Of a stretch of 64,000 bases of DNA, positions 20,111-29,829 are shown one piece after another. The notes beneath the pieces were generated by a model, which had not been told where the DNA came from, made no database searches, and saw only the letters and a list, made by a program, of their open reading frames with translations. Position numbers and translations under genes: made by a program. Each line of letters starts with the position of its first letter. Within the stretch, counting starts at the first letter, position 1. The DNA is from an uncultured archaeon (GTDB lineage: Archaea; Thermoproteota; Nitrososphaeria; Nitrososphaerales; Gagatemarchaeaceae): positions 352,001 to 416,000 of the forward strand of contig CAWFOU010000007.1 in assembly GCA_963817525.1 (NCBI GenBank), given 5' to 3'.

Positions 20111-21265
20111 TCAGCCTGTCAGGGTGAAATTGACGTTCGATTCGATGTACGTCATCGGCTGCATCCCGTCGAATTGCAATATCACGGTCGCGGTGTAGAC
20201 GCCGGGTTTGGCGGTTAGACCAAGGTACGAGGCCGTCGTGTTCCAGAGGAACTGGAAGGATATCTCGTGCCCCGTGGAGAGCTCAACGCTGCCCGCCTCG
20301 AACGGGACGACCGCGTCGCTGAAGAGGGCGCCTCCCTTCGAGTCCCTGATCGTGACGTTCCCGCTCAGCGAGGAGATCGTCGTCACATTCCCGTTCACTA
20401 ACGTGGCCTTGATGTTCATCGAGCCGCCGAGCGGGAAGATGGGCTGGAGGTACGTCTGGAGCGCAAGGCCCTCGGTAGAGTTCGTATCGACCGGCGTGGG
20501 GCAGGCAGGGGCCGTCGTACCATTGTCAGATGGCGTGCTCGAATTTACGGAGGATGCTATGCCCGTCGAGTCCGTCGCCAGGGTGAGGCACGAATCGGAC
20601 TCGACGTGAGTCAAGGGCTGTAGCCCGTCGAACTGGATCATCACCATGACGGTGTAGAGCTCGGGCTGCGGCGTGATTCCTTCATAGGTCGCTGAGGTGT
20701 TCCATAGGAACTGGAATGAAAGTTGGCCCCCATCCGCGAGTTCTAGGCTTCCTGCTTCGAAGGGGACTAGGGCGCTCTGGAACACCACGTCGCCCTGCGC
20801 ATCGGTGATCATTATGTTTCCGCTGAGCGAGGTGACGGTCGCCAGATTATCGCTGGACAGGACAGCCTTGATGCAGGTCGAGTCCCCCATGGTGATGCTC
20901 GGCGGGAGGAACGTCTGGATGGTCAGGCCATCAGTCGAATTCGTGTCCACGGGGGTCGTGCAACTCGAACTGGACGTGTCGTTGGTAGACGTCGCTTCGC
21001 TCGTCGTGGTGGTGGAATTTGTCGCCACTGTCTGGTTACCGCTGCTTGCTGAAGAGATTGCAAGGACCGTCGTCGAAGTAGATAATGACCCGAGGCTGCT
21101 GCTCGTCTCGTTCTGTGTGGTCTGTACATGGCCTAGGGAGCTGGTCGAGGCGATCTGACTCGGCCGCCCCTGAGAAGCATATCCCGCCAAGCCCACGGCA
21201 ATGACGATCACGACGATCACTGCGACGGCGCCTGTCACGCTAGGCTTCATGGTCTCTGACTCCAC
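20111..21265 (-). CDS. Membrane-anchored protein with S/T linker and two internal Ig-like repeats
   Basis: N-terminal TM; duplicated CxTPVDTNSTxGL..VPFEAGS..SFQFLWNT..FDGxQPxT module. Confidence 0.8.
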   Translation of the reverse strand: MESETMKPSVTGAVAVIVVIVIAVGLAGYASQGRPSQIASTSSLGHVQTTQNETSSSLGSLSTSTTVLAISSASSGNQTVATNSTTTTSEATSTNDTSSSSCTTPVDTNSTDGLTIQTFLPPSITMGDSTCIKAVLSSDNLATVTSLSGNIMITDAQGDVVFQSALVPFEAGSLELADGGQLSFQFLWNTSATYEGITPQPELYTVMVMIQFDGLQPLTHVESDSCLTLATDSTGIASSVNSSTPSDNGTTAPACPTPVDTNSTEGLALQTYLQPIFPLGGSMNIKATLVNGNVTTISSLSGNVTIRDSKGGALFSDAVVPFEAGSVELSTGHEISFQFLWNTTASYLGLTAKPGVYTATVILQFDGMQPMTYIESNVNFTLTG

Positions 21266-21302
21266 TTTGTGGAGGGTGCACCATGCGGCTTCAAACCTTG
21301 AG

Positions 21303-24300
21303 CTAAGCGCGCCGCGTCTTCATGACGCCTTCGCTGTTTTTCACTAGTAGAGTCTTCTGGAAGCCATACCAGGCTCCTCGACGGACGGCCTGGATCGTGC
21401 GGACGACCCCCAGAGACCCCAGCGCCACGACCACGAAGCCGATCGGTATGCCGATCTGGCTCATGATGGCCAACATCATCATCCCGATCGAGGGGCTTTG
21501 CGCCACAGAGCCTGAGGACGTGCAGTCGTACACTCCGACGAAGGTCATCGGACCAGCGGTCTGGGTGAAAGTCCGGGGGTACACCGAGCTGCCGGTGTCC
21601 TGCCAGTTCTCGAACGTGCAGCTGCCATAGCTGTCGAGCTGAATCTCGTAGCTCGTCCCCGCGGTCACGCTGGTGAAGGTGTTCGTCGTGAAGCCTGTGG
21701 CGAGCTGGCTCCCGCTTCCGGTGAATAACACCGCATAGTATCCAGGGATTGAGGCGCCATCCTGGTTCACAGACTCTACGATGACGCTTGGGGCGCCAGA
21801 AGACGAAGACGATGAGGACGAGGATGAAGACAGGGACGACGACGAAGACTTTGACGATGACGTTGAGGACGAGGACGAAGACTTTGAAGATGACGTTGAG
21901 GACGAGGACGAGGACTTTGAAGATGACGTTGAGGACGAGGACTTTGATGAGGACGTTGAGGACGAGGACGAAGACTTTGAAGATGACGTTGAGGACGAGG
22001 ACGAAGACTTTGAAGATGACGTTGAGGACGAGGACGAGGACTTCGAGGATGACGTTGAGGACGAGGAGGAGGACTTTGTGGATGACGACGAGGTCGAGGA
22101 TGACGCTGAGGACGAAGACTTTGACGAGGATGACGACGATGTCGAGGATGACGACGAGGTCGAGGATGACGACGAGGTCGAGGATGACACTGAGGACGAG
22201 GACACTGATGAAGAAGAGGAGGTTGAGCTTGTCTGTGACCCGCAGCTCGAGCCGCTGTAGACGGCCTCTATCGTTGTGGGTCCTGTGATCGAGATGGTCA
22301 CGGGGTCCGCTGTGCTGCCCGTCACCCCGCCGCCCGACCATGCGCTGAAGGTGCAGGAACCGTAACTGTCAGCTTGGATTTGGTAGCCGACACTATCATC
22401 CAGAGTGTATGGGGTCGGGGTAAATCCTGTCCCGAGCGACGAGCCGCTCGAACTGTACAGCTCATTGTAGTACCCGGTCACGGCATTCCCCAACGTATTC
22501 TCAGAGTCCACCGTCAGCTGGGAAGTTCCGCCCGACGAGGATGACGAAGATGACGAGGAGGAACTGATGGATGATGAGGGAGGGTCAGACGAACTGGATG
22601 ACGACGAACTACAAGAGGAGGAGCTTGACGAGGAACCTGATGAGCTAGAGGACGAGCTTGACGAACTCAAGGACGATTGCGTAGTCGAGCTAGTCGAGCT
22701 AGAGCTTGGCGATGAAGTAGTCGTGGACGTAGTGGAGCTTGGGGATGAAGAGGTACTAGTCGAAGACGATTGCGTAGTCGAGGTAGTCGAGGTAGTCGAG
22801 GTAGAGCTTGATGAGCTCAATGACGATTGCGTAGTCGAGGTAGACGTGGTGGAGCTTGGCGATGTAGTCGTGGACGTGGACGTGGACGTGGTGGACGAGT
22901 TAGTGGTTGGCGATGTAGTCGTGGACGTGGACGTGGACGTGGTGGACGAGTTAGTGGTTGGCGATGTAGTCGTGGACGTGGACGTGGACGTGGTGGAGCT
23001 TGGGGATGAAGAGCTAGTAGTCGTGGTCGAGGTAGTCGAGCTAGTCGAGGTAGAGCTTGGGGATGAAGAGCTAGTAGTCGTGGTCGAGGTAGTCGAGCTA
23101 GTCGAGCTAGTCGAGCTAGTCGAGCTAGTCGAGGTAGAGCTTGGGGATGAAGAGCTAGTAGTCGTGGACGTGGTGGAGCTTGGGGATGAAGAGCTAGTAG
23201 TCGTGGTCGAGGTAGTCGAGGTAGAGCTTGATGAGCTCAATGACGATTGCGTAGTCGAGGTAGACGTGGTGGAGCTTGGCGATGAAGAAGAGCTAGTCGA
23301 AAACGATTGCGAGGTAGAGCTAATGCCGCACGATGGCGATGAGGTGGTCGAGGGAGCGAACAGGTAGGTGTCTCCCGCCCAGAAGCTGGAGGCGCCGGTC
23401 GTGGCGATGACGGTGCTGCCTGAAAGCACCTCGAGGGTGGCTGAGAGCGGCAGGTCGTACGCGGCGATGTCGAGGGCCACAGGCGCAGAAGAGGTCCCGT
23501 TGTTCGTGCCCGAGGCGTACACAGTAGACCCGGAGACGAGCTCGGCCGTGTCGCCTGCAGTAACGTTCTGGACCGTGAGCACGTTGCTCAGAGTATCGTA
23601 ATAGTCAGAGTATTGGCCGAAGAGCAACTCGTTTGCGTCAGATGACTCTACTTCCAAGTAGGCGTTGAATGGCTCTGGCATGCTGAGACCCGCGCTCGTG
23701 CTCGAGTAGACCTCTGTGCCGTTCATGTAGATCTGGAGGAGGTTCGACCCGTTGGTGACGATGGTGCAGTCCTCCATCGAGGGACCACTGTTCGTATACG
23801 TCGGCCCCTCCCACAACTGGACATAACCCGTCGCTGAAACACTGTTTCCTGTAGCGATCAATGCGCCCCAGTAGTATTCATCCGAGGAACTGACCTGGCC
23901 GTAGCAAGTGACATAGTTGAGAATCCCGTTGTACGTCTGGACGTAGAGTCCGGTATTGAACGAGTTGGCGCTGATGTCCTTGATGCTCCTCGCCGGGATG
24001 ACGAGGTCCGTATGGTACAGCATGACGTTCTCGTTCGGAGATTCTGTGTAGATCCCGGCGAATTCCCCTGCGCTCGTCGCCTTGACGCCCAACCATAGTC
24101 CGGTGGATCCTTCGCATGCGACCCATGTCGCGCCTTCGCCCTCTGCGTCACCGTAGATCTTCCAGTATTTGGTATTGATACTGCTGGTCTCGTTGTTGTT
24201 GCCGCCGCTACTGCATCCGGTGTCCGCACCAGAAGTGAGCGAGTCGCTGGATACTAGGCCCGACCCGGTCTGGGTAAGCGTCCCTGAGTTACTCGCAGCC

Positions 24301-24383
24301 GTAGCCTGACTGACCAAGAGAAGAGGAAACGCCATAGATACGACCAGCAAAACTGCTATGCCTATCACAATCGTTCTGTGCAA
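21303..24383 (-). CDS. Large Ser/Thr-rich surface glycoprotein with N-terminal beta-rich domain
   Basis: Signal peptide, two long S/T tracts, C-terminal modules and TM shared with 17744..19951. Confidence 0.85.
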   Translation of the reverse strand: MHRTIVIGIAVLLVVSMAFPLLLVSQATAASNSGTLTQTGSGLVSSDSLTSGADTGCSSGGNNNETSSINTKYWKIYGDAEGEGATWVACEGSTGLWLGVKATSAGEFAGIYTESPNENVMLYHTDLVIPARSIKDISANSFNTGLYVQTYNGILNYVTCYGQVSSSDEYYWGALIATGNSVSATGYVQLWEGPTYTNSGPSMEDCTIVTNGSNLLQIYMNGTEVYSSTSAGLSMPEPFNAYLEVESSDANELLFGQYSDYYDTLSNVLTVQNVTAGDTAELVSGSTVYASGTNNGTSSAPVALDIAAYDLPLSATLEVLSGSTVIATTGASSFWAGDTYLFAPSTTSSPSCGISSTSQSFSTSSSSSPSSTTSTSTTQSSLSSSSSTSTTSTTTTSSSSPSSTTSTTTSSSSPSSTSTSSTSSTSSTSSTTSTTTTSSSSPSSTSTSSTTSTTTTSSSSPSSTTSTSTSTTTSPTTNSSTTSTSTSTTTSPTTNSSTTSTSTSTTTSPSSTTSTSTTQSSLSSSSSTSTTSTTSTTQSSSTSTSSSPSSTTSTTTSSPSSSSTSSTTQSSLSSSSSSSSSSGSSSSSSSCSSSSSSSSDPPSSSISSSSSSSSSSSGGTSQLTVDSENTLGNAVTGYYNELYSSSGSSLGTGFTPTPYTLDDSVGYQIQADSYGSCTFSAWSGGGVTGSTADPVTISITGPTTIEAVYSGSSCGSQTSSTSSSSSVSSSSVSSSTSSSSSTSSSSSTSSSSSSKSSSSASSSTSSSSTKSSSSSSTSSSKSSSSSSTSSSKSSSSSSTSSSKSSSSSSTSSSKSSSSTSSSKSSSSSSTSSSKSSSSSSTSSSKSSSSSLSSSSSSSSSSSGAPSVIVESVNQDGASIPGYYAVLFTGSGSQLATGFTTNTFTSVTAGTSYEIQLDSYGSCTFENWQDTGSSVYPRTFTQTAGPMTFVGVYDCTSSGSVAQSPSIGMMMLAIMSQIGIPIGFVVVALGSLGVVRTIQAVRRGAWYGFQKTLLVKNSEGVMKTRRA
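21799..22230. repeat. Low-complexity ~30-bp tandem repeats encoding SSSSSSTSSSK
   Basis: Repeated GATGACGTTGAGGACGAGGACGAAGACTTT units. Confidence 0.9.
22530..23330. repeat. Nested 6-51 bp repeats encoding S/T/P linker
   Basis: GTCGAGCTA, GACGTG runs and a 51-bp unit at 22858/22909. Confidence 0.85.
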
Positions 24384-24670
24384 CTAGGGGAAAACCAGAG
24401 ACGCCAAGTTCTCATCGCCCAAGTGCCGAGCGAGTGTATTTTAGATAGAAGAATGCACCTTACACTCATAAGGGCCTAGCCTTCAGAATCGTGTTACAGA
24501 GGATTCCTCTAGTCGTTAGTTCCCAATTTTATGGAGCCGCGGCCTTCAGCCACTGGCAGAACGACGGCTCGACCGGCACGGGCAGGTCGACACCCTCCCC
24601 TATTTTTTTTCTATTCCCTTTTTTCGCGAGACGCTTTTGGAGCGTAGACAGCCATCGATTGGCAGGATAG

Positions 24671-24753
24671 AATCCGCACGAAGCCCTTCGGCGGCGTCGC
24701 TTGGAAATTCTATTGGCGCTTATAAGAAAAATCAGGCTTGGGCGCCATGCCAA
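24671..24753 (+). promoter_or_regulatory. Promoter of the RadA-like operon (copy A)
   Basis: TTATAA about 22 nt before ATG 24747; 40/46 identity with 32204..32249. Confidence 0.7.
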
Positions 24754-25715
24754 GGCTGCACTACCTGCACGAGATCTCTGAGGGGGGCGGGAAGGAGCGC
24801 TTCGTGTACTCCTGCTCCGAGTGCTCGTGCGTCCTCAACGTGTGCGCGGCGCTGGAACCCGTGGGCGACACCGTAGAGTCCCTCGAGAACCGCTGCCCTG
24901 GCTGCGGCTCTGCCCTCGAGGCCCGTGTCTCCTGCAGGTCCGCCCACATCCCCGAGGCGTGGGCGGAGATATCGCGCTCGGCCCACGCGAGGAGCGCGAG
25001 GGCGGAGACGAAGGTCGAGTTCCAGACCGCATCCTCTCTCCGCGGGTTCTCCTTCAACTTCGCGCCGCTCGACGCGCTGGTCGCGCACTACATCGACCCC
25101 GCGTGGTCGGTGGCCTTCACAGGGCGCTGCGCCAACGCGGTCGCGGAGTTCCTCTGCTTCAGGGCGCAGCTCCCCAAGGAGGCGGGGGGCTCGGACTCGA
25201 GCGTCGTGCTGATAGACGGGGGGAACCGCTCCGACCTCTACCTCTTCTCGGCGTACGCCAAGCTCTACGGGGTCCCCCCGAGAAAGGCCCTGAGGCGCGT
25301 GGTGACCAGCAGGGCGTTCACGATGTACCAGATGGCGGACCTGGTGGTGAACCAGCTCGGGCGGGTGGTCGACGAGTACGGGGCGAAGGTGGTGGTGCTC
25401 TCCGACGTCCTGGGCCTGCTCAACGAGGGGTCAGGGCTCCGCGAGGACGAGGCGTGGAGGCTCGCGGGCGCGGTCCGGCGCGGGCTGGACGGGGCGAGGA
25501 AGGAGAGGAAGCTCCTCACGTTCATGACGCTGGTGACGAAGACCCCCTACGACAGGGCGCTGACTGACCATGCGGACATCCTGGTCGGGCTCGAGGAGGC
25601 GGGCGGGGGCATCGAGGGGACGCTGCTCAAGCACCCCTTCAGGAAGCAGCCGGCGTCGCGGAGGTTCACGCTTCGCGACCTCCTCTTCCACAACCGCAAG
25701 GCGGGAGGTGCCTAG
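24747..25715 (+). CDS. Zn-ribbon plus inactivated RadA/RecA-like protein (PolB2-associated)
   Basis: CSEC..CPGC N-terminus; VVLIDGGNRSDLY and SRAFTMYQ motifs; no intact Walker A. Confidence 0.85.
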   Translation: MPRLHYLHEISEGGGKERFVYSCSECSCVLNVCAALEPVGDTVESLENRCPGCGSALEARVSCRSAHIPEAWAEISRSAHARSARAETKVEFQTASSLRGFSFNFAPLDALVAHYIDPAWSVAFTGRCANAVAEFLCFRAQLPKEAGGSDSSVVLIDGGNRSDLYLFSAYAKLYGVPPRKALRRVVTSRAFTMYQMADLVVNQLGRVVDEYGAKVVVLSDVLGLLNEGSGLREDEAWRLAGAVRRGLDGARKERKLLTFMTLVTKTPYDRALTDHADILVGLEEAGGGIEGTLLKHPFRKQPASRRFTLRDLLFHNRKAGGA

Positions 25716-25717
25716 CC

Positions 25718-25954
25718 GTGGGAAGGACCGTCCCATCGTTCAGGGTCGCGGAGTCCCAGGAGATCGAGGAGTGGAGGCGCTTCAGGAGGTCGCTCCCCCG
25801 GGGGGACAGGGCCGCCTTCGACGAGATGCTCAACGCAGCGAGGCTCTACGCCTCCGCGTCCTCGGCCGCGGTGAGGACGTCCAGGTTCGAAGGGATGGCG
25901 ATGGCCATAGCGTTCCACCACTTCAAGGCGCTCGCGGAGGTGCGCGAAGAGTGA
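25718..25954 (+). CDS. Small PolB2-associated protein (arCOG07300-like), copy 1
   Basis: MGRTVPSFR..EW..FRRSL..DRAAFDEML signature. Confidence 0.8.
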   Translation: MGRTVPSFRVAESQEIEEWRRFRRSLPRGDRAAFDEMLNAARLYASASSAAVRTSRFEGMAMAIAFHHFKALAEVREE

Positions 25955-26202
25955 GTCTTTCAGACAAAGAAATCATGGAGGAGTTGGAGAGTTGGAAGGG
26001 GTTCGGGGACGCGCTCAAGGCGGAGGACAGGGAGCTCTTCACCGAGATGCTGAGGGAGTGCTACGAGTACGTCCCCTCGATGCACGCAAAGGCCTCGCCG
26101 TTCTCCGCGGAGGCCCTGCTCATGAGCGTCCTCTTCGTCCAGCACAAGAGGATCGCCCGCCTGGCCAAGGAGATAGAGGAGCTCAGGAAGAAGGAGCGCT
26201 AG
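25951..26202 (+). CDS. Small PolB2-associated protein paralog, copy 2
   Basis: GTGA overlap start; ELESWKGFGDALKAEDRELFTEML parallels the upstream gene (C-terminal part of ORF 25570..26202). Confidence 0.75.
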   Translation: MSLSDKEIMEELESWKGFGDALKAEDRELFTEMLRECYEYVPSMHAKASPFSAEALLMSVLFVQHKRIARLAKEIEELRKKER

Positions 26203-27920
26203 CCACTCTCGGGAGCCTCCGGCTTGATTGCGATCCTCCCCCTCAAGCTCCTCGAGCGGAGGAGCCAGTACGCCACGTTAGCGGTCGCTGCCACCGCCGC
26301 CGCGGCGATCAGGATGATGGCGAGTGTTTCGTAAGAGCCTCCGGTGGATGGGCTGGACGGCGCGATGAAGGTCAGCGTCAGGGAGTCGGAAAGACCGTCT
26401 TGTACGAGGACCTGGTCACTCCGCGACTTGTTCGCCTGCAGTCCGGTGACCGTGTAAAGCCCGGTCGGCAGTAGAAATGCAGCCGACTGGTTGACTCCTA
26501 CATGACTGCTTGAGAAGTTCAAGCCGGCGGGGCCCGTCACATCGAGGTTTGTCGCAGAGTCCTTGTCGCTGATGACGTGCACCGTTAGGAGGGCCACGCT
26601 GACATTCTCGGTCAAGCTGGAGTAGCTCTTCACAACGGTGGCCGAGCCCTGGGCCAGGTCTTTCTCTCCGTTGACGTCCAGGGTGTAGTCGACCTGCGCC
26701 GGATACCTCGATGCCAGGACGAAAAGGGAGCTGCCCGCCTGGCTGGTCTGGAGGACCCCGGCGGAGGGGGCCACAGTCGCGTTGACGGTCAGGGGGTTCA
26801 AGTTCCAAGGAGGAAAGGCGAAGTTCACGCTGGAGAGGTTCGCCTGTACGGGATAAGCGCTCACGGCCTCGACCCCGAAGGTCTGATACATCACGTAGAA
26901 ATCCGAGGGCCAGTCGGAAAACCCGTTGGTCAGGGTGGCAGAGTAGGAGATTTCAGACGAGCTGACGGCCTGCAGGGGGCAGGCTGTGGTGAGGGGGACC
27001 CAAGACGAGTCGTTGAGGATCAGGATGCTCGTCTCTACGACTTCCAGGCTGGTGGAGTTCTGGAAGTACGCCCTGACCTGGTACTGTCCTGGATGGAGGG
27101 GCAGGCCCCACGAAAGGGTGGTGGTGGCCGTCCCGTTAGTCGAGAAGGCGACGGGCTGCGAATCCGCCGCCATGAGATTGTAGGTCACGAGGTTGTTCGT
27201 GTTCACGATGTTGAGGGCGTATGGGTGGTAGAGCTCGAACCAGAAGGAGAAGGGCTCGCCCACATGCCCGGTCGCGGCCACGCCGACCGTGGTCCCGGAG
27301 GTCAGCGTGAGGTGTCCCGTCTCGTCCATCGCGGTCGGGAGGGTTATGGTCACGCTGGAGCTCGTGGCCTTGCCCGTGGCGCAGACCTCCTGATCGTAGG
27401 AGTCCCCGAGGCTCGCCGTGGTCGAGATTACGAGGTCTCCTCGGTCGAGTGAGTACGCGAGCGGGCTGAGGGAGACCGGATGGGCGGCGAGGTTGACAAA
27501 GTGGAAGGGGACGACGACCGGCCCCTGCGGGGTATCGAGCGTGAGGTTCCAAACGCCGTCCGTGTCGCCCGCAGTGAAGGTGTAGAGCGCCGTCACGGCG
27601 TCCGGGTTGAGGGCGACGAGCGTCGTCGCCACGGCCACGTTGGTGCTCGAGCCCAGTGTCGGGGACGTCAGCGAGATTGAAACCGAGTAGTTGTAGTCCG
27701 ACAGCGCCCAGAGGGTGTCGCCCGCCGTGTACACGGGGGTCCCATCGGCGACGGGGTAAAGAGACGAGGGACTGAAGCCAAGGGAGAGAGGGACTGACAG
27801 CGATGCACCGAAGGCCCCCGAGACGAGGCCGGACTGCGGGAGGAGGGCCAAGAGAAGCGAAATGAGCAGAAGCGGCGAAGCCTTCCTAGCCTTGTCGGCG
27901 CATGTATGCAAAGAGAGCAC
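26199..27920 (-). CDS. Secreted, C-terminally anchored surface protein (cassette 2, gene E)
   Basis: Shares GTPVYTxGD, DGVWNLTL, LGDSYDQEVCA, FSFWxELYH with 10983..12650. Confidence 0.8.
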   Translation of the reverse strand: MLSLHTCADKARKASPLLLISLLLALLPQSGLVSGAFGASLSVPLSLGFSPSSLYPVADGTPVYTAGDTLWALSDYNYSVSISLTSPTLGSSTNVAVATTLVALNPDAVTALYTFTAGDTDGVWNLTLDTPQGPVVVPFHFVNLAAHPVSLSPLAYSLDRGDLVISTTASLGDSYDQEVCATGKATSSSVTITLPTAMDETGHLTLTSGTTVGVAATGHVGEPFSFWFELYHPYALNIVNTNNLVTYNLMAADSQPVAFSTNGTATTTLSWGLPLHPGQYQVRAYFQNSTSLEVVETSILILNDSSWVPLTTACPLQAVSSSEISYSATLTNGFSDWPSDFYVMYQTFGVEAVSAYPVQANLSSVNFAFPPWNLNPLTVNATVAPSAGVLQTSQAGSSLFVLASRYPAQVDYTLDVNGEKDLAQGSATVVKSYSSLTENVSVALLTVHVISDKDSATNLDVTGPAGLNFSSSHVGVNQSAAFLLPTGLYTVTGLQANKSRSDQVLVQDGLSDSLTLTFIAPSSPSTGGSYETLAIILIAAAAVAATANVAYWLLRSRSLRGRIAIKPEAPESG

Positions 27921-28683
27921 CTGCTATCAGGATTCCGGGGACCGTGAAAGAGAAGAGGGTGTTCGGGGCTACCCGCACGCCAGCGTAGACCCACGCCAGG
28001 CCGACGACCGCGGCGAGGAGCGGGAGGACGAAGGTCACCCTCGGAGGAGCCGCGCCCTCGGGGGTCGGGATCGTCACGCGCACGATGAGCGAGCAGAACG
28101 TCACCAGCGAGGGAACAAGGAGGTAGAGGGTCGAGAGCCCGGGGATGGGCCCTGAGGAGAGGGCGGCGGTGATGGCTGACACCAAGAACAGGAAGAAGTT
28201 CGCAAAAGACAAGGGGTCCGCGAACGCGAGGAGCGAGCTCGCGAAGAAGGCGAGGAAGCAGAACTCGATCGCGGGCGAGAGGAGCACGAGCGGGTTCCGA
28301 CTCTTCATCATCTGGACGACGGAGATGTAGATCAGGTATGGAGGGAAGGCTAGGCTGATCCCGGCCAGCCACACTGAGAAGAACGTCTCATAGAGGTTGG
28401 TGAAGGAAAAGACCGGGTCGATCGCGAACACCAGCAGGAGGACCATCGCCACGATGACGTCCAGGGTGGAGATCCAGAGGATAACCTCGACCCTCGGCGG
28501 CTTCCTGCGGTAGCGGTTGACCAGTAGGACGATCTTGATGAACTGGACGCCCACTACTTCGAGCTCGATCGCGGTGACCGTCGAAAGGACCAGGCGCTCG
28601 AGAAAAAGCCCGGTGAAGAGCGCGTAAAGGAAGTAGAGCGACGTGGCGACGCCGACACCGCAGACTAGGACGAGCCTGTTCAT
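27886..28683 (-). CDS. Polytopic membrane protein (cassette 2, gene D)
   Basis: Paralog of 12616..13410 (YLIxxSVVQM, FVLPLL, LAWVYA, YMRR). Confidence 0.8.
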   Translation of the reverse strand: MNRLVLVCGVGVATSLYFLYALFTGLFLERLVLSTVTAIELEVVGVQFIKIVLLVNRYRRKPPRVEVILWISTLDVIVAMVLLLVFAIDPVFSFTNLYETFFSVWLAGISLAFPPYLIYISVVQMMKSRNPLVLLSPAIEFCFLAFFASSLLAFADPLSFANFFLFLVSAITAALSSGPIPGLSTLYLLVPSLVTFCSLIVRVTIPTPEGAAPPRVTFVLPLLAAVVGLAWVYAGVRVAPNTLFSFTVPGILIAGALFAYMRRQG

Positions 28684-28689
28684 TTTCTT

Positions 28690-29829
28690 CTAGCTCTCGA
28701 CTATTCTCTGGATCATCGGGAGAAGGTTCTGCTTCTCCGACCAGACCACTGCCCTCTCAGTGAACCCCGGAGGCGGCGAGGCCTCCTCTGGGATCAGGAG
28801 GAGGGGCTTTTGGGCGATCAACACCGCCATCTGATAGTTCTCGAGCTCCTTGAGGCCGGTCACCACGAGGTCGGAGTTGGCGACGACCTCTTCGATGTCT
28901 TGCGAGGGCGAGGCGGCAGAGCAGGACATCACAGCCTGGGTTAGGTCGATGACATCGGCGGCCCTCAAGGAGGTGATTCCGGACGACCGCTCCCTTTCAC
29001 CCGGTTCGGCCTCGCCGGGCGAGCTGAAGCTCACGGAGACCTTGGGGCCAAACGCGAGGACCTGCCGTCCGACCTGGCCGAGCGCCTCGCAGAGCTGGTC
29101 GATCCACGCGGCGCGGGCTTCGCCTCTCTCGGCGAACTGGACCACGCCCACCCTCACGACGTCCCTCACGCTCGCCTCCCTCACGCCGGCGATGAGAGAA
29201 CTGTCCGGCGACTTGGCCACCCGCTTCCATATGACGTTCTTCGTGTCGGTCTCCGTGTTGTATTCCTCGAGCCCGTAGAGCTCCTGCCCCGCGCCCGTGT
29301 ACCCGGTCGGCTGGTCACCGAACCCGTACACCCTTCTCTGCCTGGGGACAGCGGAGGCGAAAAGGGAGGCGGGGAGCGTGTCCAGCACGAAGTCCTCGTA
29401 GACGACCTCTTCGAGCCTGCTCTCGAGGCTCAGCGGATCGTGAAGCGTCATCCCGACCTTGACCCCCTCGGTCCTGCCGGCGTACTTGCCAAGAAACCGA
29501 AGCCGTACCTTGCCCCCCGAGAAGGCGTCGACCTGCATCTGCTGGCCCACCTCGAAGGAGGCGAGGCCGGTGTCGACCCAGCCCCCACCCCGGAGGCGGA
29601 TGCTCAACGTCGTCTCGTACTCCTCCCCCTTCGTAATCGTCACGTGCCCCCTTTCCATCGCCGTAGTAACGCCGCCCTTCATAACAAACTCGAAGATCGC
29701 GACCGATATCACCGCCATCGCCACTAGGGAGACCCCGAGCGCCTGCAACATCCTTACGTTCAGAAACTGTGCGCCGACAAGCATCAGGCCGGTGGCTCCG
29801 AGGTACTGCCTCCCGCGCGAGGTTAACGT
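28690..29829 (-). CDS. DUF58-like protein (cassette 2, gene C)
   Basis: GAGQELYGLEEY..VIWKRVAK; conserved LTSRGRQYL upstream of the first ATG (29784). Confidence 0.8.
   Translation of the reverse strand, partial: TLTSRGRQYLGATGLMLVGAQFLNVRMLQALGVSLVAMAVISVAIFEFVMKGGVTTAMERGHVTITKGEEYETTLSIRLRGGGWVDTGLASFEVGQQMQVDAFSGGKVRLRFLGKYAGRTEGVKVGMTLHDPLSLESRLEEVVYEDFVLDTLPASLFASAVPRQRRVYGFGDQPTGYTGAGQELYGLEEYNTETDTKNVIWKRVAKSPDSSLIAGVREASVRDVVRVGVVQFAERGEARAAWIDQLCEALGQVGRQVLAFGPKVSVSFSSPGEAEPGERERSSGITSLRAADVIDLTQAVMSCSAASPSQDIEEVVANSDLVVTGLKELENYQMAVLIAQKPLLLIPEEASPPPGFTERAVVWSEKQNLLPMIQRIVES

Noticed and set aside
21781-23367. Highly acidic D/E and V/E ORFs on the + strand; repeats superficially CRISPR-like
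   Set aside because: These are antisense shadows of Ser/Thr codons in 21303..24383; the repeats are contiguous with no unique spacers
25570-25950. N-terminal extension of ORF 25570..26202
   Set aside because: It overlaps two better-supported genes in other frames; the real start is GTG 25951
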